From Candidatus Babeliales bacterium (lineage in GTDB: Bacteria; Babelota; Babeliae; Babelales; JABCYS01), in assembly GCA_016929235.1 (NCBI GenBank), contig JAFGJD010000005.1, positions 156,168-216,852 on the forward strand: DNA of 60,685 nucleotides, given 5' to 3'. Each line of letters starts with the position of its first letter. The first letter of the stretch is position 1. The translations under genes were made by a program, and so were the position numbers. The notes below the pieces were generated by a model that saw only the letters and a list, made by a program, of their open reading frames with translations, was not told the origin of the DNA and ran no database searches. Of the stretch, positions 28,202-39,033 are shown one piece after another.

Positions 28202-29451
28202 CACCGTTCCTTGGAACAACAAATTACCAATCCATTCCTCAGGGAGATTATTTCCTTGTTGATGCTCGGGAACTTCTTGACGGTCCCAATAACGGTGTGG
28301 AACTGGTCCGGTCAAAAGTAGAGGCAGGAACAATGGCCCTAAAAGAAGGGCGGTCTGTCATTGTGTTTTGTCATTATGGCATCTCGCGTAGCAACGCTAT
28401 CGCTACTGGTATACTTGCACAATATAAACAATGGAACTTTAACCAAGCATTGGAAGTCGTTTTTAAGGAAATAGACGAATCCAATATCGATTTCAATATG
28501 CTTCAAACAGTTAGAGACTGCCTACAGCACAAACCATATAATCACAAAAACATTCTCATCACCGGAGCCCATGGATTTTTGGGAAAACGACTACACGCAA
28601 AGCTGCAAAAGGAAATGCTTGGTGCAGTAGAAGTTCATGGTATTGATGTTGATACAATAGACTTGTGTTCTGATCGCATGCGACTAAATCAGTTTGTTCA
28701 TGAAAAAGAAATTGAAAAGATTATACACCTAGCACACCCATTTCCACACAATGCACAATCTACGGGTAATGCCCTCTGTATGCTTCAGAACCTTCTTGAG
28801 GTTGTTCACACCAATGGTCTTAAAATGATATTTACTAGTAGTTGGGTTGTCTACGAAAATAGCTCCGAGAAAAATATCTGCGAAAAGACGGCACTCGCCC
28901 CGAAAACAATATATGGTATGTCCAAAGCGCTTTGTGAACACTTGATTTCATATTATAGAAAACTTTATAACGCCAATATAACGATCGCCAGGCTCTCACC
29001 AATTTACAGCACCACAAAAATGCCAGGATTTATGAGCACTTTTTTTGAATATGCAGCCCAAAATAAAACCATAAGAACACATTTGTACGAAAATGGCTCG
29101 CCTGCAATGCAGCTTCTTCACGTCGATGATGCCATCAATGCACTATTTCAAGCATCGCAGCACACTAATCTCCCGAATTCACTTAATGTATCAACTCATG
29201 AAAGGTATTCTGTTCATGAAATTGCGCACATGATCAAAGAGATCGGTTGTTCCAAGTCTGCCATACAAAGATGTTCCATGATGGGAAAAACCTTTACCGG
29301 AAAAATAGACCCATCAAATACAATGGGAATTCTAGACTGGAAACCCAACGTAAGGCTGCAAGATGGGCTCACATTGATAAATAAACAATTTCAAAAGGAA
29401 ACGACGTGGAGAAAAAGGCCTCCAACTACACAACAGAGCGCAAGCTTGTAG
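28186..29451 (+). CDS. Fusion of a dual-specificity phosphatase-like domain and an NAD-dependent epimerase/dehydratase
   Basis: N-terminal FCHYGISRS (CX5RS); then ITGAHGFLG and YGMSK (SDR). Confidence 0.85.
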   Translation: MVKWITPFLGTTNYQSIPQGDYFLVDARELLDGPNNGVELVRSKVEAGTMALKEGRSVIVFCHYGISRSNAIATGILAQYKQWNFNQALEVVFKEIDESNIDFNMLQTVRDCLQHKPYNHKNILITGAHGFLGKRLHAKLQKEMLGAVEVHGIDVDTIDLCSDRMRLNQFVHEKEIEKIIHLAHPFPHNAQSTGNALCMLQNLLEVVHTNGLKMIFTSSWVVYENSSEKNICEKTALAPKTIYGMSKALCEHLISYYRKLYNANITIARLSPIYSTTKMPGFMSTFFEYAAQNKTIRTHLYENGSPAMQLLHVDDAINALFQASQHTNLPNSLNVSTHERYSVHEIAHMIKEIGCSKSAIQRCSMMGKTFTGKIDPSNTMGILDWKPNVRLQDGLTLINKQFQKETTWRKRPPTTQQSASL

Positions 29452-30200
29452 CGAATTACGAGTGGAATAGAACTCACTATAAAACCTATAGCGGTATTCT
29501 CAGCTGCTTTTGCGCTCAATCCGTAATAGAAAATTCTTCTGGGGGAACGCTTCTCGATCTTGCATGTGGTGATGGAACCATTACAAGATTACTAAGCCCA
29601 CACTTTGACAAAATTGTTGGTGTTGACGGATCTCAAAAACATTTAAAACTTGCACAAGAAAAGCTTCCTCATGCCGAATTCCACGCAAGTTTAATAGAAG
29701 AATTTGAATACAACGAACAATTCGATGTTACAACCCTCCTTCTTATTCTAGAACATGTTATAGATCCAGTTACATTGTTACAACACGTAACCAAATTTCT
29801 TAAACCAAATGGAAAGATGATTATTCAGGTTCCCAATGCTTTGGCCTGCAATAGAAGGATAGCAAAAATAATGGGGACAATCACAAGCGAATACGAGCTG
29901 TCGCCATTTGATATCAACATTGCTGGCCACAGAAGGTCCTACGACAAGGCTCTCCTGGTAAAAGACATCACAGCGGCTGGCCTTACCGTACAATCCACCG
30001 GTGGAATCTTTTACAAAATGCTTTCACAATCGCAAATGGACTGGTTTTTAGAAAACGGCCGATGGAATAACGAGTTTGGATGGGGCCGAGTTGGAGGTGA
30101 ACAAAAAGATTGGAAATTTGAATTCTGCCGGGCATGTTATGAGTATGGCAAAACGCAGCCAGATCAATGCAATCTCATATACGCATGCGTAACAAAATAA
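29406..30200 (+). CDS. Class I SAM-dependent methyltransferase
   Basis: LLDLACGDG, GVDGS, LEHVIDP and LKPNG. Confidence 0.9.
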   Translation: MEKKASNYTTERKLVANYEWNRTHYKTYSGILSCFCAQSVIENSSGGTLLDLACGDGTITRLLSPHFDKIVGVDGSQKHLKLAQEKLPHAEFHASLIEEFEYNEQFDVTTLLLILEHVIDPVTLLQHVTKFLKPNGKMIIQVPNALACNRRIAKIMGTITSEYELSPFDINIAGHRRSYDKALLVKDITAAGLTVQSTGGIFYKMLSQSQMDWFLENGRWNNEFGWGRVGGEQKDWKFEFCRACYEYGKTQPDQCNLIYACVTK

Positions 30201-30229
30201 GCTCGGAGGCTTAAAAACGAGGATTAAGT

Positions 30230-31459
30230 GTGACTAATTGCCGCTTTTGCAATACCCCTCTCACCGTTACTTTTACTGATCTAGGAACATCACCTCTTTC
30301 CAACGCTTACGTCGCAAAAGAGAGCATCTCCTCAGAAAAGTACTACCCTCTTCATGCGTACGTATGCACCAACTGCCTCCTCGTCCAGGTTGCTTCATTT
30401 GAAGATCCCGATGTCATTTTCTCAAGTGATTATGCATATTATTCTTCATATTCAAGCTCCTGGCTCAAGCATTCTGAAGACTATGCAAAGATGATCGTCA
30501 AAAAGTTCAGTCTAGATAACAAAAGCTTTGTCGTAGAAGTAGCAAGCAACGACGGATACCTCCTCCAGTTTTTTCAAGCACAGCATATTCCGCACCTTGG
30601 AATAGAACCGACAAAAAACACAGCTGATGCCGCACTCAAAAAGGGCATCCCAACTCTACGCGAGTTTTTTGGAAAAGAATTAGCAAACAAACTACAAACC
30701 ACAGATAAATCTGCTGATTTGATCGTTGCAAACAATGTCCTTGCACATGTTCCCGATCTAAATGATTTTATCGCCGGTATGAAGATTCTCTTGAAGGCAT
30801 CAGGTATTATCACTATAGAGTTCCCACATCTTCTCAATCTGATACAACATAACCAATTTGATACGATATACCATGAACACTTTTCTTATTTCTCATTAGC
30901 TACAGCGCAAAAAATCTTTGCTCATCATAATCTGACCATCTTTGACGTAGACCAAATTCCGACTCATGGCGGATCACTGAGAATCTATGTAAGACATACA
31001 GATGATATCTGTAAAAAAGTTACTACGAACATAGATGCTATTCTTGCTGAAGAAGAAAAAGCTGGTCTTACAAAACTAGAAACGTATCAGCAGTTCCAAC
31101 TCAAAGTTGAGCAGCTGAGGGCGGAGTTTTTATCTTTTCTTAGTGACATTCAAAAGAAGAAAGGCACAATCGCTGGATACGGTGCTCCCGCAAAGGGGAA
31201 CACATTCTTAAATTATTGCCAGATTACTCCCAGTATGCTCCCTTTCACAGTTGACAAAAATCCCGCCAAACAAAACAAGTATTTACCCGGAACCCATATT
31301 CCCATTTTCCATCCCGGAGAAATAAAAAAGCAAAAACCTAACTATGTGCTCATTTTACCCTGGAACCTTCAAGAAGAAATCACCAAAGAGCTTGCATATA
31401 TTAAGAGCTGGGGTGGTAGATTTATTGTTACTTCTCCGAAACCAAAGATTTTGTCATGA
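30230..31459 (+). CDS. NDP-hexose C-methyltransferase family protein
   Basis: CRFC/CTNC zinc motif, EVASNDG, FDTIYHEHFSYF, HGGSLR and GYGAPAKG. Confidence 0.92.
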   Translation: MTNCRFCNTPLTVTFTDLGTSPLSNAYVAKESISSEKYYPLHAYVCTNCLLVQVASFEDPDVIFSSDYAYYSSYSSSWLKHSEDYAKMIVKKFSLDNKSFVVEVASNDGYLLQFFQAQHIPHLGIEPTKNTADAALKKGIPTLREFFGKELANKLQTTDKSADLIVANNVLAHVPDLNDFIAGMKILLKASGIITIEFPHLLNLIQHNQFDTIYHEHFSYFSLATAQKIFAHHNLTIFDVDQIPTHGGSLRIYVRHTDDICKKVTTNIDAILAEEEKAGLTKLETYQQFQLKVEQLRAEFLSFLSDIQKKKGTIAGYGAPAKGNTFLNYCQITPSMLPFTVDKNPAKQNKYLPGTHIPIFHPGEIKKQKPNYVLILPWNLQEEITKELAYIKSWGGRFIVTSPKPKILS

Positions 31460-32001
31460 AATTTATCACCCTCCCACTAAGTGGAGCATTCTTAATTGAG
31501 CTGGAGCCACATCGTGATCATCGTGGATATTTTGAAAGAACCTGGTGCAAAAAAGAATTTGAAACACAAGGTATTGTCAAACCGTTTGTCCAAACAGCTC
31601 TTTCTTATAATGAGCAAAGGGGGACTCTCCGAGGAATTCACTTTCAAAAAAAGCCTCACCAGGAGGCAAAACTCATTTCATGTATTCAAGGATCTGCCTA
31701 CGATGTCATTGTAGATCTGCGACCAACGTCTGTAACATTCCTCCAAACGTTTACAGCTATCCTTTCAGAGGAAAAACATAACGCTATTTATATTCCTGAA
31801 GGATTCGCTCACGGCTTTCAAACCCTCGAGGACAAGACAAAACTATCCTATGCTCTTACGGCCTATCATCATCCAGACAGTGCATCTGGGATCAGGTGGG
31901 ATGACCCTACGCTTTCAATTTCGTGGCCTATTGATACGATGATAATCTCTAAAAAAGACCAAGACTGGGATCATGTACCAAGGACAACGCAGTCCTCATG
32001 A
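31456..32001 (+). CDS. rfbC: dTDP-4-dehydrorhamnose 3,5-epimerase (RmlC family)
   Basis: DHRGYF, GTLRGIHFQ, DVIVDLR, IPEGFAHGFQTL and GIRWDDP. Confidence 0.93.
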   Translation: MKFITLPLSGAFLIELEPHRDHRGYFERTWCKKEFETQGIVKPFVQTALSYNEQRGTLRGIHFQKKPHQEAKLISCIQGSAYDVIVDLRPTSVTFLQTFTAILSEEKHNAIYIPEGFAHGFQTLEDKTKLSYALTAYHHPDSASGIRWDDPTLSISWPIDTMIISKKDQDWDHVPRTTQSS

Positions 32002-33152
32002 AAGATCTTATGGACACGATAAAAACAATACCAATCACTGGCCCTTCGATTACGCAAAAAGAAATCGACGCTGTATGTGAAGCCGTCACACATGGATGGT
32101 ACGAAAATGCCACACTCAACCATAGAGCATTCGAACAAGCATTTAAGGAGTATATAGGTGTAAAGCACGCCCTGTTTCTTTCATCATGCACTGCAGCTAC
32201 CCACTTAGCTTTAATTGCCTTGGGAGTGCAACCCGGAGACGAAATAATTCTTCCCGACAGTACTTGGACCGCATGTGCTGAACCGATCGTTTGGCTAGGC
32301 GCAACACCTGTCTTTGTTGATATAGATCCCCACACATGGTGCATATCCCCACAAGCAATTGAAGCCGCCATTACTTCAAAAACACGCGTTATCATGCCCG
32401 TTGACTTGTATGGTAATATCCCAGACATGGAAGCAATCAGGTCTATCGCCACACGGCACAATCTTCCTATTCTAGAAGACGCTGCCGAGGCTATCGGCTC
32501 AGAATTTAATGGGCAAAAAGCAGGATCGTTTGGAGACATAAGTGTTTTCAGCTTTCATCCAACAAAAACCATTACCACTGGCGAAGGTGGTATGCTCGTA
32601 ACCAATAGTGATCTCTATTATAATACCGCGGTAGAACTCCATGATCATGGAAGAGCTCCCACCGATAAATCGTTTCAGGCAAATCGTATCGGCTATAAAT
32701 ATAAAGCAACCGGGATGCAAGCAGCACTCGGACTAGCACAGCTCAAACGGATTGATGAACTCGTTAATAAAAAAAGACAAATTTTTTCTTGGTATGAAAC
32801 TGCATTACAGAACGTTCCAGGCATTCATCTTAATCCCTCATCTCCCGGGCTAAAAAACTCATATTGGCTAACAACTTTTATCTTGGATCCATCGCTTAAC
32901 ACATCAAAAGAAACTTTTATTCAAAAGATGAAGGATAAAAAAATCACGTGTCGCCCATTTTTTAATCCACTCAGCTCTATGCCTGCATATCAACGGTTTT
33001 TACCCTTCGGTGTTAATTTCAAGAAAAAAAATAAATATGCATATGCAATTGGAAGCTTAGGTATCAACCTTCCATCAGGAACAACCCTTACAAAGAGCGA
33101 TGTAAACTATGTATGCAATGCAATACAAGAATACTTGGGAGAACTTACTTGA
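31998..33152 (+). CDS. DegT/DnrJ/EryC1/StrS sugar aminotransferase (perosamine synthase-like)
   Basis: ILEDAAEAIG and FSFHPTKTITTGEGG (PLP lysine). Confidence 0.93.
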   Translation: MKDLMDTIKTIPITGPSITQKEIDAVCEAVTHGWYENATLNHRAFEQAFKEYIGVKHALFLSSCTAATHLALIALGVQPGDEIILPDSTWTACAEPIVWLGATPVFVDIDPHTWCISPQAIEAAITSKTRVIMPVDLYGNIPDMEAIRSIATRHNLPILEDAAEAIGSEFNGQKAGSFGDISVFSFHPTKTITTGEGGMLVTNSDLYYNTAVELHDHGRAPTDKSFQANRIGYKYKATGMQAALGLAQLKRIDELVNKKRQIFSWYETALQNVPGIHLNPSSPGLKNSYWLTTFILDPSLNTSKETFIQKMKDKKITCRPFFNPLSSMPAYQRFLPFGVNFKKKNKYAYAIGSLGINLPSGTTLTKSDVNYVCNAIQEYLGELT

Positions 33153-34158
33153 CTTGTTCCGATGCAAACTGCTCATGTGCATGTATATCAGAAGCTATTC
33201 CCAAAAAATCTTGATACCATGCAATGGTCTCAGCTAATCCCCTCTTGATTCCATACCGAGGCTTCCAACCAAGCATGCGATATGCCTTGCTTGAGTCCAA
33301 ATTTTGCGCGAGAATTTCATTATTATGCTGATTTTGAACAATAGGCTCCAGATATATACCGGCCTCTTGTCTAATCATATCGACAATCTCAAGAACACTG
33401 AGCGACTTATCTGTACTAAAATTAAACGAATGGCCAAGGATAGCAGAATCATCCATTTTGAGCGCTAGGGCTATATAGGCGTCTACAACATCTTTGACAT
33501 AGATATAATCCCTTATCAATGCGCCATTACTTCTAATCACTGGCCGCTGATTCAGTAATAACGCCCTGATCGTTCCCGGCACAATGCGATTAAAATGTAA
33601 GTCGCCTCCACCAAAAAAATTTCCACATCGGGTTATACATACAGGTAGCTTATAAGTGTGAAAATAAGACTGCGCCAACAAATCAGCACAGCTTTTTGAA
33701 ACATCATAGGGATATCGACCCCGCAAGGCATAGTCTTCTGAATATGGAAGATTAGTATGCTCTCCATATGCCTTGTCACTTGATGCAACAATGATTTTCT
33801 TCACCCATGGAGACAGGCGACATGCCTCCAAAAGATTCCAGGTCCCCTCTATATTCGACTTAAACGTACTAATCGGAGATCTATTTGCTCTACCAACAAT
33901 TGCCTGAGCTCCGAGGTGAAAGACAACATCAATATCAAACTCATTCAGAATTCTCACCAAGTCGTCAAGGTTAGACAAGTCACCATAAACAACTGAAACC
34001 CGACGATCCAGTCCTCGTTTGTATAAAAAAGAATCACATTTAATATCACGTTCAAATGCGATTACATTAGCTTTATTCTTCAATAATTCAGTTATAAGCT
34101 GCGGCCCTAGTAACCCCGCCGCTCCCGTAACAAGAATATTCTGTAGTTCAAAAGACAC
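33145..34158 (-). CDS. NDP-glucose 4,6-dehydratase (RfbG-like SDR)
   Basis: VTGAAGLLG, ASSDKAYG, YDVSK and RCGNFFGGGD; directly downstream of rfbF. Confidence 0.85.
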   Translation of the reverse strand: MSFELQNILVTGAAGLLGPQLITELLKNKANVIAFERDIKCDSFLYKRGLDRRVSVVYGDLSNLDDLVRILNEFDIDVVFHLGAQAIVGRANRSPISTFKSNIEGTWNLLEACRLSPWVKKIIVASSDKAYGEHTNLPYSEDYALRGRYPYDVSKSCADLLAQSYFHTYKLPVCITRCGNFFGGGDLHFNRIVPGTIRALLLNQRPVIRSNGALIRDYIYVKDVVDAYIALALKMDDSAILGHSFNFSTDKSLSVLEIVDMIRQEAGIYLEPIVQNQHNNEILAQNLDSSKAYRMLGWKPRYGIKRGLAETIAWYQDFLGIASDIHAHEQFASEQVK

Positions 34159-34169
34159 TGATCTCCTCT

Positions 34170-35018
34170 CTAGATGGGTATCTGCTCAGAATTTTTATCA
34201 AGTTTCTCTCGCACGGCAGGCTTAATCGCTGGAGGAGTCTCCCACTTTTTCCATGGGGCTCCCGTTAACCACAGTTGTTCTAATTTTTCATGGTCGCGTA
34301 TCGTATCCATACACTGCCAAAAACCATGGTGTTTATAAATTTTCAGTTGCCTATCTCGAACGACCTCGGGGAGAGCATGTTGTTCCAAAATACATGACGA
34401 TTCCGTAGATAGATATTTAAGAAATCCTCTGTTGAATACGAAAAATCCACCATTGATCCAGTCTTCAGCGGTGCCAGCTTTTTCCGAAAATTTTGCAACA
34501 ACATCTTTTGATATTTTTAAGTTCCCAAAACGAAACGGATTCCTTACACCAGTCAATGTAGCTAATTGCCCATGTTGCAAGTGAAAATCAACAAGTTTAT
34601 TAATATCCACATCTGCAACGCCATCTCCGTATGTGCACATAAAATAATCTGTATTCACATATCGTGCAGCGCGCGCAATTCTGCCACCCGTCAAGCATTC
34701 AGAACCAGTATCAACCAACGTAATCTCCCATCGATCATCATCCATTTGATGCTCGATGATACTTCCGGTTTGGGTATTGATTGTAAAATCAACGTTATGA
34801 TAACGATAATTTAAAAAATAATTGCGGATCACATCGCCTTTATAACCAAGGCAAACAATAAATCTACGAAAGCCATACGAAGAATAAATTTTCATAATGT
34901 GCCAGATAATGGGTTTACCACCTACCAACACCATTGGCTTAGGTTTAAACTCAGTTTCTTCTCTAAGCCTGGTCCCATAACCCCCTGCTAAAATCATAAC
35001 CGGTACATTATTTTTCAT
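34170..35018 (-). CDS. rfbF: Glucose-1-phosphate cytidylyltransferase
   Basis: ILAGGYGTRLREET, PKPMV, TYGDGVADVD, WINGGFF and GFWQCMDT. Confidence 0.93.
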   Translation of the reverse strand: MKNNVPVMILAGGYGTRLREETEFKPKPMVLVGGKPIIWHIMKIYSSYGFRRFIVCLGYKGDVIRNYFLNYRYHNVDFTINTQTGSIIEHQMDDDRWEITLVDTGSECLTGGRIARAARYVNTDYFMCTYGDGVADVDINKLVDFHLQHGQLATLTGVRNPFRFGNLKISKDVVAKFSEKAGTAEDWINGGFFVFNRGFLKYLSTESSCILEQHALPEVVRDRQLKIYKHHGFWQCMDTIRDHEKLEQLWLTGAPWKKWETPPAIKPAVREKLDKNSEQIPI

Positions 35019-35213
35019 AGTAACATCAGCCCCATGTCAAATTTTGTGAGAGCATACCATACTCCCCCCACTCTGTCTCTATTTTTGGACAAGCATCGCC
35101 ACGATATAATGCACAAACACAAGCGATCAAAATGCAAGAAATTCTGTGGACATTTACTGAGCAGGATGGTAGCTTCCTTTCGGCTATAGATATTGAATGA
35201 AAGATAGAAAAAA

Positions 35214-35900
35214 ATGAAACAACAGACAGATCTTAAAAAACTCTCCACTGATTGGTTGATAGCGAGCAATAGCGTCAGATACTCCTACAACTTCCAATGG
35301 ATGGGTATCCCCATTATACAGCTCCCCCAAGACATTGTTGCTATGCAAGAACTCATTTGGGAAGTTAAACCAGATTACATTGTAGAAACAGGCATCGCAC
35401 ACGGCGGCTCTGTTATCTTTTATGCATCTATGCTGAAACTAGTTGCTAATAATGGCAAAGTCATCGCTGTTGACATCGATATCAGGGAAACCAATAAAAA
35501 AGCCATTGAAAGTCACCCTCTCTTTAATAATGTCACCTTGCTCGAAGGTTCATCAACCGACCAAAGCATTGTTGAGAAGATTGCTTCATATATAAACCCA
35601 GAGAAAAAGGTACTTGTATGCCTAGACTCAAATCATACGCACGCTCACGTCCTTGAAGAGCTACAGCTCTACTCTCCACTTGTAACCAAAGATAGCTATC
35701 TCGTTGTTTTCGATACAACCATAGAGGATGTTCCGAGTGAACTATTCTCAAATAGACCATGGGACAGGAAAAATAATCCAAAAACAGCAATCGTTGAGTT
35801 TCTTAAAACTAATAACCGATTTGTAGTTGATCGGACAATCGATGAAAAACTATTAATCACGGCGAATCGTGACGGTTTTTTGAAATGTATTGCAAATTAA
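35214..35900 (+). CDS. CmcI/cephalosporin hydroxylase-family methyltransferase
   Basis: WMGIPIIQLPQD, ETGIAHGGS and LDSNHTHAHVLEEL. Confidence 0.92.
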   Translation: MKQQTDLKKLSTDWLIASNSVRYSYNFQWMGIPIIQLPQDIVAMQELIWEVKPDYIVETGIAHGGSVIFYASMLKLVANNGKVIAVDIDIRETNKKAIESHPLFNNVTLLEGSSTDQSIVEKIASYINPEKKVLVCLDSNHTHAHVLEELQLYSPLVTKDSYLVVFDTTIEDVPSELFSNRPWDRKNNPKTAIVEFLKTNNRFVVDRTIDEKLLITANRDGFLKCIAN

Positions 35901-35937
35901 CTTGCCACCAGCAAAAAAACAAGAGGAATCGCGATGT

Positions 35938-37101
35938 TCATAATTCTTTCCAACGATCTGTATTGATTGGCACCACTATATCAGATTTTATAACCAATTC
36001 CCGAATTTTCATAAATTGAATCGGGTACATGCCTAGCAATTTAGAATATTGCTTCACTAACAACTTGCGCTGTATTTTTTTTTCATATCGTTCTCGAATC
36101 CATGACCGTCTCTGATTGATCCAAGCAATACTTTTCGCAGGAAGCAAGTGTTTTATATAGCTTTTAAAACGCGATATCGGCACTGCAACCGGCGGAACAA
36201 CCGCCCAGTCAGGCTTCCAATTAACAAAGCGATTGGTGTAGAAATGGGCCAAAGTTTCTGCACGTTCTCGCTCGACCCCCCCATATTCACACAACCATCG
36301 CCCAATGACTTCGTGGACTAAACACATTTTTTGAAACAAATTTTTGTAGAGCAACTGAGAATGATCGAATCCCATACTATTAGAATCACTCGCACTCTGT
36401 CGTATGAAATATAGAACATCCAAAACCTTGGTTTTTCCTAAAATACCCGCTAACGCCCTATGTAACGCCTCAACAAAGATCACATCTAGAGGGCACCTCT
36501 GTATTTCTCCAAATATACGACGAAACGCATTTGTTCTATAAACAGCATAATATGCATCTTTATAGCGCTCCAGCATGTAGTGTAGGCGTTCAACTGGATC
36601 GTCCGATCTGGCCTCAGGTAATCTGAATGGCAGAAGCGGTTTCCATATAAAATCATTATTAGCCAATCTCCGTTTTAAAAAAAACTCAATCTGCCTTCCC
36701 TGACAGCATACATAATCGACATTTTCATCCAAAAACTGGATTGATTTCTCTATAGCATCCAAAATAAAAAAATCATCGTCCGGGGCAAGAAGAGTGTACG
36801 GTGTAGTCACAAGGTTCGCAGCATCAACAACCTTGATGGCGCAACTCAAAAAATGTGCAAGGGCATCAACCTCTTTATTAGCATCCTCTAAATGTCTGTA
36901 CTCAATATCAAGGCCGCAAGAGTTGAATTTTTCTACAAGAACTTTATTTTCCGCTGCATGCTTAGAACCACTGGAATCAGCAATAATAATCTTACATGCT
37001 GCGTTCATCTCGCTATAGTATGCAAGCGATCTTGCTAAAAAATGAGATCTATCGTGAGTGATCAAAATCATGGTCACATCTTTGAGGCGGCTATTGTTCA
37101 T
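35938..37101 (-). CDS. GT2-like glycosyltransferase (TIGR00180-like)
   Basis: ITHDR, IIIADSS, PDDDFF and YAVYRT. Confidence 0.8.
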   Translation of the reverse strand: MNNSRLKDVTMILITHDRSHFLARSLAYYSEMNAACKIIIADSSGSKHAAENKVLVEKFNSCGLDIEYRHLEDANKEVDALAHFLSCAIKVVDAANLVTTPYTLLAPDDDFFILDAIEKSIQFLDENVDYVCCQGRQIEFFLKRRLANNDFIWKPLLPFRLPEARSDDPVERLHYMLERYKDAYYAVYRTNAFRRIFGEIQRCPLDVIFVEALHRALAGILGKTKVLDVLYFIRQSASDSNSMGFDHSQLLYKNLFQKMCLVHEVIGRWLCEYGGVERERAETLAHFYTNRFVNWKPDWAVVPPVAVPISRFKSYIKHLLPAKSIAWINQRRSWIRERYEKKIQRKLLVKQYSKLLGMYPIQFMKIRELVIKSDIVVPINTDRWKEL

Positions 37102-38839
37102 ACATAATCTCCCCCACTAAACCATGATGTTGCCTCATTTTTTTCAACACACCATCTTTCCCAAACTCGTATACATAGTCACATCTTTGAATTGTAGATA
37201 AACGGTGCGCAACAATAATTAGCGTCCTCCCAACACTTTCTTGATAAACCTCCTCCATAATTGCACTCTCAGTCTCATAGTCCAAGGACGATGTTGCTTC
37301 ATCCAATATTAAGATTTCGGGGTCATTATATAAAGCTCTGGCAATTGCGATCCTTTGTCTTTGCCCGCCACTTAACATCGTACCAGCCTCACCAACTTCT
37401 GTATGAATTCCCCGACGCTGAGTAAGAAAATCAAATATGTGAGCCTTTTTGAGAGATTCACATATTCTTTGTTCATCATATTTTCGACCAAAGACAATAT
37501 TCTCGGCCACTGTGCCATCAAACAAATATACCGATTGTGGAACATACCCAATCTTACTTCTCCAAGAACGCATGGTATTCTTATCTAAGACTTGTCCATC
37601 GACAATAATATTTCCTAATAAAGGAGCACAAATCCCCGTAATCAAATCTATGAGAGTACTCTTACCAGAGCCACTCTCACCAACAAATGCCACTTTATCG
37701 CCTTTACGAATACTAAATGAAAGGCCTTCAAATATTGCGTTCTCGGGTTTGTAGTGAAATGATACATTCTGGAACTTAAGGGTCGATTGAAAGGGAATCT
37801 TACCATCTCCAAGATTATCCTCATCCCTCAAAAACGATACGTTAACAATATCTAGAGAACTAACGGCAAAAATCATCTGGTTGTATAATGTCATTACGCG
37901 GTTTAGTGATGTTAAAAATCGATAGAACGCTAAAGCATATGCAGATAAAATTGGAACAATATATACAGCCGTATCTGCTCGGTATACAACATATACCAAG
38001 ACCGCAATTATAGTTCCCAATCCTAAAACTTCAAAAAGCGGCCTGGGGACGCTTTGTAATGTCATATTAACGACATGCGCTCGAGCAACTCTTGCACCCG
38101 CATGATCAAAGAGTTCTTGTAAAAACTTTTCATTCCCAGCCAGTTTAGCGATTTTAAAATTCGCAAATGTCTCGTAAAAGGCCCTCGAAAGATCCGTTAG
38201 ACCCCGAGAAACTCTAACCCCAGACAATGCAACTTCTCGAGAAAAAAACCGCAAAAGTATGGCCCCAACCAACGAAAAAAATACAGTCAAAACAAGCGTC
38301 AACTTTAAATTAACCCATAGCAACGCCACATAAATGAAAACAAAAAGCATCATTTCTGAAAGAAGCTGTATTGCTGAATTCACTATAACCGCCAGGTGTG
38401 TCGAATCAGCCAGCACCATTTTGTTAATTTTTGCCGAATGATAACGCATTACTGACAAATAGTCTGCCCGTAAAAATTTTGCAAAAAATCGACTAGAAAA
38501 CCTATAAAAACAATCTTGAGAAAATAAAGTTACACCATATATAAACCAAAGACTCATGATATTCTTCACAGTGTAAAAGACGACCAATACACATCCTAAT
38601 ATCGTGATAAAAGACGCCGGTCCACTACATCCAAAATAGTGATACCAATACGATAAATAATAATTACTATGAATAACATCAAAATTGGTTGCCAGCGAAA
38701 TAAACGGAAGCATAAGAGTAATACCGGTAGTTTCAGTTAACGAAACGAGAACTGAAAATCCAAGCAATCCCAGAAGCCGCAACCTATCTTTCGGCATTAA
38801 CAAAGAATTGATTCGAAATAAGACATCTTTAAGGTACAC
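37091..38839 (-). CDS. ABC transporter, PglK/WlaB-like glycan flippase (TMD+NBD)
   Basis: TM domain; GESGSGKST, LSGGQRQRIAIARA, ILDEATS and AHRL. Confidence 0.9.
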   Translation of the reverse strand: MYLKDVLFRINSLLMPKDRLRLLGLLGFSVLVSLTETTGITLMLPFISLATNFDVIHSNYYLSYWYHYFGCSGPASFITILGCVLVVFYTVKNIMSLWFIYGVTLFSQDCFYRFSSRFFAKFLRADYLSVMRYHSAKINKMVLADSTHLAVIVNSAIQLLSEMMLFVFIYVALLWVNLKLTLVLTVFFSLVGAILLRFFSREVALSGVRVSRGLTDLSRAFYETFANFKIAKLAGNEKFLQELFDHAGARVARAHVVNMTLQSVPRPLFEVLGLGTIIAVLVYVVYRADTAVYIVPILSAYALAFYRFLTSLNRVMTLYNQMIFAVSSLDIVNVSFLRDEDNLGDGKIPFQSTLKFQNVSFHYKPENAIFEGLSFSIRKGDKVAFVGESGSGKSTLIDLITGICAPLLGNIIVDGQVLDKNTMRSWRSKIGYVPQSVYLFDGTVAENIVFGRKYDEQRICESLKKAHIFDFLTQRRGIHTEVGEAGTMLSGGQRQRIAIARALYNDPEILILDEATSSLDYETESAIMEEVYQESVGRTLIIVAHRLSTIQRCDYVYEFGKDGVLKKMRQHHGLVGEIMYEQ

Positions 38840-39033
38840 AAGCCCTCCATACTTCCCTTTTGCGGCATGAGCGTACTGTATTTATAAAATAAATCCAACC
38901 ACAATTTTATCTCATATTCAAAGGGACTAGAATCGCCAATAGTGCGTCTTGCGTATTCTGCCCTGTGCGCATAGCCCAAGAGCTATTTTCAAAAGATTCA
39001 GCCTGCTTGATTATATGATGGTCAAAATTGCAT

